Below, piece by piece: positions 18,385 to 25,808 of a stretch of DNA of 29,639 bases (its first letter is position 1; each line of letters opens with the position of its first letter). This DNA is from Candidatus Aenigmatarchaeota archaeon (GTDB lineage Archaea > Aenigmatarchaeota > Aenigmatarchaeia > QMZP01): assembly GCA_039091855.1 (NCBI GenBank), contig JAWCLA010000003.1, forward strand, positions 16,976 to 46,614, in the 5' to 3' direction. The position numbers and the translations under genes were made by a program. The notes beneath the pieces are model-generated. The model saw nothing but the letters and a program-made list of their open reading frames with translations. It made no database searches and was not told the origin of the DNA.

Positions 18385-18996
18385 CTAAATAGAAAGCTGG
18401 TAGGCACGGAATGCCTCCGCATAATCAACATTTATCCTTTTTCCGTGAACTCTTGCGATTGCCCTTATGAACTCCATATCATGGTAGTATCTTCTGAATT
18501 GCGTCTTATAGCATTCAAGCGCTTTTATCTTTTTTTCAAGCTGCTCCTTTGTAATTTGTGAAAATATGTTTGGCAGGAAATGTGGCGTGCTTTTGAGGTC
18601 CTGAAACATAAGGATTGACTGTGTTTTGAAAACCCTCAAGGCCTGTTCAGTTATACATTTATGATCCTGATGCAAATTATCTATGTCATGGGTTATTATG
18701 GTATCAGGTCTGAATTCCTTCTTGATTTTTTCCATAAATTCCCTTATCTCCTCTGCCTTTTCTGGAAGCTTGGTGTTTGGAAAATTCAAAAGCTTGAAAT
18801 TGCTTTTCTCTATTCCAAGTGTTTTCATTGAGTTGTGGAATTCCTCTACTATGCCTTCATTTCCCTTCTGCTCAGAGCATTCGCTAAACACGAGGTTGAA
18901 GTAATCCTTTCCTGATTCCTTGATTTTCAGAAAAAATCCTCCTGCACCGGTTTCAAAATCGTCCGGGTGAGCGCTTAGGAAAAGTATCCTTTCCAT
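18385..18996 (-). CDS. PIG-L/LmbE family N-deacetylase
   Basis: SAHPDDFETGAGG and HQDH metal-binding motifs, KIKALECYKTQ, YAEAF. Confidence 0.9.
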   Translation of the reverse strand: MERILFLSAHPDDFETGAGGFFLKIKESGKDYFNLVFSECSEQKGNEGIVEEFHNSMKTLGIEKSNFKLLNFPNTKLPEKAEEIREFMEKIKKEFRPDTIITHDIDNLHQDHKCITEQALRVFKTQSILMFQDLKSTPHFLPNIFSQITKEQLEKKIKALECYKTQFRRYYHDMEFIRAIARVHGKRINVDYAEAFRAYQLSI

Positions 18997-19019
18997 CGAT
19001 TCACCAGATTTAGATTTGG

Positions 19020-19027
19020 TTTATAAA
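19020..19027. promoter_or_regulatory. Palindromic TATA box in the 52-bp divergent gap between the PIG-L and ATP-grasp genes
   Basis: TTTATAAA, readable on both strands, about 21-24 nt from each start codon. Confidence 0.45.
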
Positions 19028-19048
19028 TATTAAAATGTTAATCGGTTT

Positions 19049-20158
19049 ATGAAAGATTTAAAGATTTTTTACACCGGTGCCGGCTCACCAGGCACATACG
19101 GAATATTCAAAGCATTTAGGCGTGGGGCAGTGGAAGAAGGTAGAAGGTTAAAAATAATAACTGCTGACATCAATCCTGATGCCTATGGCTTTCATTTTGC
19201 TGAAAAGGGATATGTTATTCCGCCTGGAAACGACCCTGATTTTATACCAAAAGTTCTTGATATATGCAGAAAGGAAAGACCTGACCTTCTGGTTTCTGTT
19301 GTAGATCCGGAGCTTCTTCCACTCTCGAAGTCAAAAAATGAATTTGAATCGTTGGGTGTTAAGGTTGTTTTGTCAGAGCCTCAAGCAATAGAAACTGCAC
19401 AAAACAAAAGGAAATGTTATGAGATTTTCGGTATGGGTGGTATAGTTCCTGATTTCAGGATTGTAAAAAGCTCATCGGGTTTTGAGAATGCTGTAAAGGA
19501 GCTCGGCTTTCCAAAACATCCTGTGTGCTTCAAGCCGTCTTTTGGTTATGGTATGAGGGGCTTTCGTATACTGAAGCCTTCTACAAACCGCGGTGAAATA
19601 CTTTTTGGTGAAAAGCCTGATTCCACTTTTGCTGATTTTCAGGATATTGTTGGTATTTTAAGGGATTATGAAAAAAAACTCGGGCTTCCTGAAATCATTG
19701 TGATGGAATATCTCGAAGGGAAGGAGTACACAGTTGACATGCTTTTGGAAAGGGGGAAACCTTTGATTACAATACCAAGGCTGAGAAAGGTAACCACAAG
19801 GGGAATATCGACTGTCGCTGTTGTAGAGAGGAATCAAGAGGTTATAGAGAAAGCAGAGCTTGTTGCCAACAGGCTTGTTCTCGATTACAATGCAAACATA
19901 CAGTTCAAGTACGGAAAAGATGGTCCGAAGCTGATAGAGGTCCAGCCGAGGCTTGCAGGAACCACGGTTGCTTGTGTTGGGGCAGGCGCAAACCTTCCTT
20001 ATCTTGGTCTAAAGCTGGCGCTTGGGGAAAGCATAAAAATCCCTGACGTGAGATGGGGAACAGTTATGAAGAGGTTTTGGGAAGAGGTTTACATAAACGG
20101 AAATGAAATGTGGTTTTTTGGTAGTGAGTTAAGCAAAAAATGCCAAAACAATTGCTGA
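19049..20158 (+). CDS. ATP-grasp domain protein (CarB/PylC-like carboxylate-amine ligase)
   Basis: N-terminal TGAGSPG...ADINP, FKPSFGYGMRG, MEYLEGKEYTVD, NIQFK, IEVQPRLAG (E-x-N-P-R variant). Confidence 0.88.
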   Translation: MKDLKIFYTGAGSPGTYGIFKAFRRGAVEEGRRLKIITADINPDAYGFHFAEKGYVIPPGNDPDFIPKVLDICRKERPDLLVSVVDPELLPLSKSKNEFESLGVKVVLSEPQAIETAQNKRKCYEIFGMGGIVPDFRIVKSSSGFENAVKELGFPKHPVCFKPSFGYGMRGFRILKPSTNRGEILFGEKPDSTFADFQDIVGILRDYEKKLGLPEIIVMEYLEGKEYTVDMLLERGKPLITIPRLRKVTTRGISTVAVVERNQEVIEKAELVANRLVLDYNANIQFKYGKDGPKLIEVQPRLAGTTVACVGAGANLPYLGLKLALGESIKIPDVRWGTVMKRFWEEVYINGNEMWFFGSELSKKCQNNC

Positions 20159-21130
20159 CAGTAAAAGCTCGAGGCAGATGAAAAACAAGGTGACATCCTT
20201 TTCATATGCCTTTTTCTTTATTTTCTTAACCAACCATATTCCGAAATGCTCAAAGCCGTAAAGTTTTTCATAAGGAAGTTCCAGGCTTCCGTCCCTGTTT
20301 GGCTTTCCGAATGCCTCCCTCTTAGGCCCTCCTCTTGCTTCTGGTAAAAGTGACCAAAAAGCATCTATTATGAATGGAAGGAAGAGGATAACTCCTATCT
20401 TTTCCATATTGCCTAAGATTGCTATAACTGCTATCATTGCCCCTGTCCCATAAGTGAGAGAGTCCCCGGGAAAGATTTTTGCAGGAAACCAGTTAAAAAC
20501 CAAAAACGCCAGGAGGGATGCAAACGCAGAAAATGATATAACAGCAAGCCATAGCTCTCCTTTTATAAGGCTTATCGTTCCCATTGTTCCTATTGCCACC
20601 GCGCCCATTCCTGCCTCCATCCCATTGAATCCAGCAAGCATATTGAATCCGTTTGCAGCTCCAACTATTCCTATGGGAACTATTATCAGCGGGTAAATTA
20701 TTCCAAAATTCACATTTCCAAACACGGGAATATTCATTACCGACTCTCCCGCGTTTATTACCATAAGTGGAATTGCAATTGGCAATGTAAGGAGTGGTTT
20801 CTGCCACCTTTTCAGACCTCTCTTCCAGCCCAAAATGTCATCTATGAAGCCAATAAATCCAGCAAGTAAAACTGTCATTGCAGCTGCAAAAACAAGTGTT
20901 GTATTGACGTTTATATGTAAAAAGAACGTTTCCAAAAATATGTATAAGAAAATGCCTGTTAGTAAACCAAAAATGACAACAATTCCTCCTGCCTCTGCAA
21001 CCTCTGGCTTGTCAAATTTGTTCATATCCTTTCCGACAAGACCGAAATTCTTGGCTTTTCTTATCCATTTTGGGATAAAAAAAATTGTAAAGAGAAATGA
21101 TGCAAAAGGGGCTATTAAAATCTCAAACAT
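20129..21130 (-). CDS. aglH: UDP-GlcNAc:dolichol-phosphate GlcNAc-1-phosphate transferase (AglH/GPT, glycosyltransferase family 4/MraY-like)
   Basis: GKDMNK, EAGG, GFIDD, NGFNMLAGFNGMEAG, NWFPAKIFPGDSLTY; multi-TM. Confidence 0.88.
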   Translation of the reverse strand: MFEILIAPFASFLFTIFFIPKWIRKAKNFGLVGKDMNKFDKPEVAEAGGIVVIFGLLTGIFLYIFLETFFLHINVNTTLVFAAAMTVLLAGFIGFIDDILGWKRGLKRWQKPLLTLPIAIPLMVINAGESVMNIPVFGNVNFGIIYPLIIVPIGIVGAANGFNMLAGFNGMEAGMGAVAIGTMGTISLIKGELWLAVISFSAFASLLAFLVFNWFPAKIFPGDSLTYGTGAMIAVIAILGNMEKIGVILFLPFIIDAFWSLLPEARGGPKREAFGKPNRDGSLELPYEKLYGFEHFGIWLVKKIKKKAYEKDVTLFFICLELLLSAIVLAFFA

Positions 21131-21139
21131 ATTTTCACT

Positions 21140-21766
21140 TTAATTTTTAATCATTCTTAGTTCCTCAATTCCGTGAGCATCAGAGCCTGTTACTATTTTT
21201 GCTCCCATATTCCTGCAAACATCTATAAATCGCTGTGAGTGATATCTCGGTTTTATGTTGTTTTCTATAAGTACATTGTTTTTTATGCACAATTTTATTA
21301 TTTTATAAACATCCTTCTCACGCATTGGGCACTTCTGGAAAAAAGTTATTGGATGCGTCCATATATCAACATCAGGGTTCTTTATCATATTGATTAAGGC
21401 ATTTTCAAGCTCGGCTTTGTTTTTGCAGGGAAAGGTGTGAAAGGTTCCCAACACTATATCGCACTTTTCCATAACCTCTTTGGAAACATCCAAACTGCCT
21501 AAAGAATCAGTAACCTTTGCCTCGCATCCAACAAGGATTTTAAGTTTGGGGAATTTTTTTCTTGCAGATTTAACATCTTTAACAAGTCTGCCAAAATCGT
21601 ATGATAATTCCTTTCTTACGTGCTCTGTGAATGCAATCAGTTTAAGTCCATTGGTTTGGGCCTGCCTGCACATTTCTGGTACACTGTTTCTTCCGTCTGT
21701 GTATCTTGTATGCACATGCCAATCTCCCGTTTCAAGATATTTTAAGTATTTCTGCCATTTTTTCAT
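21140..21766 (-). CDS. PHP-domain phosphoesterase
   Basis: DWHVHTRYTDG, TEH, GCEAK, FH, THP and GSDAH metal ligands. Start ATG 21766 (alternatives at 21781 and 21793). Confidence 0.9.
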   Translation of the reverse strand: MKKWQKYLKYLETGDWHVHTRYTDGRNSVPEMCRQAQTNGLKLIAFTEHVRKELSYDFGRLVKDVKSARKKFPKLKILVGCEAKVTDSLGSLDVSKEVMEKCDIVLGTFHTFPCKNKAELENALINMIKNPDVDIWTHPITFFQKCPMREKDVYKIIKLCIKNNVLIENNIKPRYHSQRFIDVCRNMGAKIVTGSDAHGIEELRMIKN

Positions 21767-21807
21767 TGTAACACCAAACATTTTAAAATTCATATCATAG
21801 CTTAAAT

Positions 21808-22329
21808 ATGGAAACTATTGAATGTATAAGTTCAAGGGCGAGCATAAGGTCTTTCAAAACAGATGATATTCCTGAAAATGTTTTAAAGGCTGTGATTGGC
21901 GCTGCTGTGCAGGCACCTTCCGCAGGAAATGTTCAGGATTGGGAATTCATAATAGTGAGGAATTCTGAAACAAAAAGGCTTTTATCTGAAGCCGCTTTCG
22001 GTCAGGATTTTATATCAAAGGCTCCTGTTGTTATAGTTATATGCTCTGACCTGAAAAGTATATCATCTGCATATGGTGAAAGAGGGAAAAATCTTTATTC
22101 AATACAGGATACTGCGGCTGCAGCACAGAATATGATGCTTGCTGCCTGTGATTTGGGTTTGGGAACGTGTTGGGTGGGAGCTTTTGATGAGGAAATGGTA
22201 AGGAAAATTCTTAGTATACCTTCACATATTAGGCCTTTGGTGATAATACCGATTGGGTATCCTGCATATAAGCCAAAAAAGCCAAAAAGGAAAGGTATTG
22301 ATAAAGTTGTGCATAAAGAGAAATACTAA
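21808..22329 (+). CDS. Nitroreductase family flavoprotein
   Basis: RASIRSF, APSAGNVQDWEF, QDTAAAAQNMMLAA, GLGTCWVGAF, IPIGYP. Confidence 0.95.
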   Translation: METIECISSRASIRSFKTDDIPENVLKAVIGAAVQAPSAGNVQDWEFIIVRNSETKRLLSEAAFGQDFISKAPVVIVICSDLKSISSAYGERGKNLYSIQDTAAAAQNMMLAACDLGLGTCWVGAFDEEMVRKILSIPSHIRPLVIIPIGYPAYKPKKPKRKGIDKVVHKEKY

Positions 22330-22376
22330 AAATGTAAACATTTAAGACTGTTTGTACATTTTGGCATTGTGGGAAA

Positions 22377-22832
22377 ATGGCAAGGGAAAGGATAGCTGCA
22401 ATAGTTATAGGAATTATAATGGTGATGTCAGCTGCAGGCTTCGCAATAAACAGTGCCCTTTACCAGAACAGGCAGGAAAATACATTTAATATTCCTACAA
22501 TAGTGACAAGACAACTTACGGTAGAGGAATCAGTCTACATTCTTAGAACTGGAAGGGTTATAATAGAATTTTTCTATGATGAAAATTGCTCTGAGTGCCA
22601 GGAAAGGATTGGTGTCCTTGAAGGGTTTGCACAAAAAATGAGTGACTTTGCTGTACTTCAGGAGATAAAGGGAAATGAAACGTCTGTCAAAATGATTGGT
22701 TCAGAAGGAAGAATTGTCGACATAATGAATGAATCCCTTTCCGAGACAGATATTATGAGGGTTTTTTGCGAAATAGCAATAACACAGCCCCCTGAATGTC
22801 TCATAGAGGAAAATGTTATTTGGAATGGCTGA
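22377..22832 (+). CDS. Membrane-anchored hypothetical protein with a thioredoxin-like CxxC motif
   Basis: N-terminal TM (IAAIVIGIIMVMSAAGFAI), IIEFFYDENCSEC, and a second Cys pair FCEIAITQPPEC. Confidence 0.7.
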   Translation: MARERIAAIVIGIIMVMSAAGFAINSALYQNRQENTFNIPTIVTRQLTVEESVYILRTGRVIIEFFYDENCSECQERIGVLEGFAQKMSDFAVLQEIKGNETSVKMIGSEGRIVDIMNESLSETDIMRVFCEIAITQPPECLIEENVIWNG

Positions 22833-25734
22833 TTATTTTCAGAAGTTTTGAAAGTTCTGCCTTTCCCTGTCCGAATTGTTTGTTTCCCCCACCCGAGCCG
22901 CCTGCCATATTACATATATCTTTTATAATTAAACCTATGTTTTTTGTTTTGCTCATTCCAACTATTTCCCCCACCTGATTTGCAAGTATTACCGTCATCT
23001 CAGGCCTTTCAGAAATTATGTTGTTTGCTATTCCTATAAGCATTTTTCTTTCAAATGGAACTATCTCAAATATTTGATTGTCTTTTGCTTTGTTGATAAG
23101 TTTTAAGCTTTCCTGCTTTGAAACCCTTTGCATTAGCCTTTCTATTGCCTTTCTCTGCTCTTTCCATATAAGAAAAATTGTTTCACAAATCTCATAAAGA
23201 GTTTTTGTTTTTCTTTCAAGAAGGGGTTTTATTAGGCTGTCTTCCTGAATGTCTGTTTTTCTTTCGCCAAGATTTTCCCTTAGTCTGTTAATCTCTTTCT
23301 GGTTTTGGTTTATCTCGTTCCCAAACCTTTCTATTGTTTTTGCAAGGCTGTCAATATCAACAGAAAAAACACTTGAGGCTTTGCCCAGTTCTTCCTGAAC
23401 GTTTTCGCTTCTTATGATGTGTGTTTCGCTGAATATTTTTGCTGATTTTATTTTTTCCAAGCATTCATTCCATACTTCTTTTTGTTTGTATTCGAACGCC
23501 TTTACATATTTTCCGCATGTGAATTCTATCCTGTTTACACCGTCCTGAATCCTTTCCGTTCTTATTATCTTTACAGCTTCTATTTCTCCTGTATTTTTCA
23601 CATGGGTTCCTGCGCATGCCTCTGCATCAAAGCCTTCGCTGACATTGACCACTCTTACTATCTGTCCGGGAGAAGCGCCACCCTGATAAAGCACAAAGCC
23701 GTATTTTGACTCTGCCTCGTTTCTCGGCATAAATTGCGTATTCACTGTAAGATTTTTCCTGATAATCTCGTTCACCAGTTTTTCTATTCTTTCAGTTTCT
23801 TCCTTACTGAAAGGTTCGTAATGCGTGAGGTCTATTCTTGTTAATTCCACTCCCTTTTTTGTTCCTGCCTGCCATATGTGTTTTCCTATAACCTTTCTTG
23901 CGGCTCCTCCAATTATATGGGTCGCTGTGTGCATCTTCATAAGCTGATATCTCCTCTCCCAGTTTATCTTTCCTTTCACAGATGTTCCAGGTTTAATATA
24001 CGAATTTGTTTTGTGAAGAACTATTTCACCTATTTTCTTTGTGTCAATTACCTCTACCTGTTTGCCATCATATTCTATAAATCCTGTGTCTCCTGGCTGT
24101 CCTCCTCCTTCTGGATAAAAACAGGTTTTGTCAAGAATAACCCAGTTTCCGCTCTTTGTTTTTGATGCCTTTAGAACTTTTGCCTGAAAATCTGTCTGGT
24201 ATGGGTTTTCATAAAAAACCATATCTGTTTTCTTTATTCCTTTTGTGTCTATTTCTATCTTTCCCTCTTTCTCTTCCTTTTCGCCTGAAATGTGAGATGC
24301 TGTGAGCTTTGAATAGAAATCCTCTGGTACCTGTATATGAATTTTTTCCTTTTTTGCAGCCTTTTCTATAATTTCGGGTGTTATGCCATTTGAAGTGTAA
24401 AGCCTTATTAATGTTTCATCATTAAGGCTTCCTTTTTTTGCCTCCTTTTGAACGATATTATAAGCCCTTTCAATTGTCTTTTCATAGCGGTTTTTTTCTA
24501 TATCCATTATTTTTGAAAATGTTGGCAATCCTTCCTGAAGTTCTGGAAAAATTGGCTTTAGGTGTTTGGCATGAAGTTCTGCTATATCATCAAGTGTAAA
24601 GTCAAAACCAAACTCGCTTATGAATGATAGCGCACGTCTTAGGATAACCCTCAGGTTGTAGCCGCCGCCAACATTTGAAGGTATTCCGCCATCGGTTATG
24701 GCAAACAAAAGTGTTTTCACGTGATCTGCTATGGCATAAAGAGCCTGTAAAGGTTCTATAACATCATTAAGCTCATCAACACTTATTCCTATTTTTTTTG
24801 CTATATCTTCTTTCATTTTTCTTGCATTTTTTACCTCATCGAAATTAAGACTGCCTGATAACATGGAATATCTTTCAAAAATCTCGTTCTCCTTTATGCC
24901 TGCCTTTTCTTTCATCCGTTTTATCACAGGCCCGAAAACAGAATCGTATCCCGTGTGCGTTCCGTTTGAGAACCATACAAGCCTTTCGTGCCCCCAGCCA
25001 ACATCGATAACTTTTTTGGGAAGCTCTTTCCAAGAATTTCCCTTTTTTGTAAACTGCATAAATACCGAGTTTACAAGTTCAAGCCCCCTTGAAAAGGTTT
25101 CTATGCAGGGCCCGAAGGCGGAGAAGTCTGGCATTGCCCACACATCTTCTATGTAAACAAGCTCTTTTTCGGGAATTCCCATTGATTTTGTTAAAAACTC
25201 GAAATTCAGTTGTATGCACCTATCTTTCCAGTAATTTCCAAAAGAATGCTGCCCCGACATTATAAAAGAGCTGTGATGCCTTCCTGTGACTCCTATGTTT
25301 GGTATGTCGGGAAACCTTAGGCATACCTGTGGAACAATAAGCGGGTCTGCTGGGTATTCGAAAACTATGTTTCCCTGATCTATCCTCTGGAAGTCCTGTA
25401 TGGATGCTATAGTGAAAAAAAGGTCTGGTCTCCACCTATCGATTACGGGATACCTTGGAATTGAAGTATGACCATTGCGAACAAAGAATTTTTCAAACTC
25501 CTTCCATGTTCTTATGTAATCCCATCTCTCCCTTGTTATTGGTCTTCCTATGAATCCGTAGTTTTCGCAAGGTGGGTCCCCACATAGTTCTCTCTCTGTA
25601 TCAAGTGTCCAAAAATTCTTTCTGCATTTTGGGCAGGTTTTTCTGAGGAAGCCTTCATTCTTGAATATCTCAAGATAGTAATGTTTCTTCCAGTCCTTTG
25701 CAAACTGCCTTTTCAGAATTTCTTTTGTAAGCAT
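22816..25734 (-). CDS. alaS: Alanine--tRNA ligase (archaeal type)
   Basis: N-terminal CPKC/CGDPPC, FTIASIQDFQ, GVTGRHHSSF, GLELVNSVFMQF, IDVGWGHERL, IADH, FYPEGGGQPGD, editing site HTATH/CAGTH, C-Ala GSGGG. Confidence 0.97.
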   Translation of the reverse strand: MLTKEILKRQFAKDWKKHYYLEIFKNEGFLRKTCPKCRKNFWTLDTERELCGDPPCENYGFIGRPITRERWDYIRTWKEFEKFFVRNGHTSIPRYPVIDRWRPDLFFTIASIQDFQRIDQGNIVFEYPADPLIVPQVCLRFPDIPNIGVTGRHHSSFIMSGQHSFGNYWKDRCIQLNFEFLTKSMGIPEKELVYIEDVWAMPDFSAFGPCIETFSRGLELVNSVFMQFTKKGNSWKELPKKVIDVGWGHERLVWFSNGTHTGYDSVFGPVIKRMKEKAGIKENEIFERYSMLSGSLNFDEVKNARKMKEDIAKKIGISVDELNDVIEPLQALYAIADHVKTLLFAITDGGIPSNVGGGYNLRVILRRALSFISEFGFDFTLDDIAELHAKHLKPIFPELQEGLPTFSKIMDIEKNRYEKTIERAYNIVQKEAKKGSLNDETLIRLYTSNGITPEIIEKAAKKEKIHIQVPEDFYSKLTASHISGEKEEKEGKIEIDTKGIKKTDMVFYENPYQTDFQAKVLKASKTKSGNWVILDKTCFYPEGGGQPGDTGFIEYDGKQVEVIDTKKIGEIVLHKTNSYIKPGTSVKGKINWERRYQLMKMHTATHIIGGAARKVIGKHIWQAGTKKGVELTRIDLTHYEPFSKEETERIEKLVNEIIRKNLTVNTQFMPRNEAESKYGFVLYQGGASPGQIVRVVNVSEGFDAEACAGTHVKNTGEIEAVKIIRTERIQDGVNRIEFTCGKYVKAFEYKQKEVWNECLEKIKSAKIFSETHIIRSENVQEELGKASSVFSVDIDSLAKTIERFGNEINQNQKEINRLRENLGERKTDIQEDSLIKPLLERKTKTLYEICETIFLIWKEQRKAIERLMQRVSKQESLKLINKAKDNQIFEIVPFERKMLIGIANNIISERPEMTVILANQVGEIVGMSKTKNIGLIIKDICNMAGGSGGGNKQFGQGKAELSKLLKIISHSK

Positions 25735-25755
25735 AGTCTCACTGTTGTTTGGATT

Positions 25756-25789
25756 TATTATATATGGACAGAGTAATATTATATATGGA
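25756..25789. repeat. 13-bp direct repeat TATTATATATGGA (2 copies, 21-bp period) in the divergent alaS/surface-operon promoter
   Basis: Exact copies at 25756-25768 and 25777-25789. Confidence 0.7.
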
Positions 25790-25808
25790 TTATAAAGATT
25801 TGCAGGTT

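Noticed and set aside
18372..18431. Longer start for the Gfo/Idh/MocA oxidoreductase
   Set aside because: It overlaps the PIG-L gene; the Rossmann motif begins right after ATG 18371.
19049..20158. ATP-grasp protein as carbamoyl-phosphate synthase CarB, pyrrolysine PylC or a RiPP ligase
   Set aside because: It is a single 369-aa domain with no carA, pyl genes or precursor peptide nearby; the sugar-pathway context fits better.
21140..21766. PHP protein as an anti-phage (Ppl-like) or PolX component
   Set aside because: Stand-alone PHP with no fused ATPase or polymerase domain and no defence-island context.
25749..25808. N-terminal extension MDLLYMDRVILYMDYKDLQV of the 761-aa ORF
   Set aside because: It is translated promoter DNA (TATA-like direct repeat); ATG 25809 has an SD-like AGGT and exposes the signal peptide.
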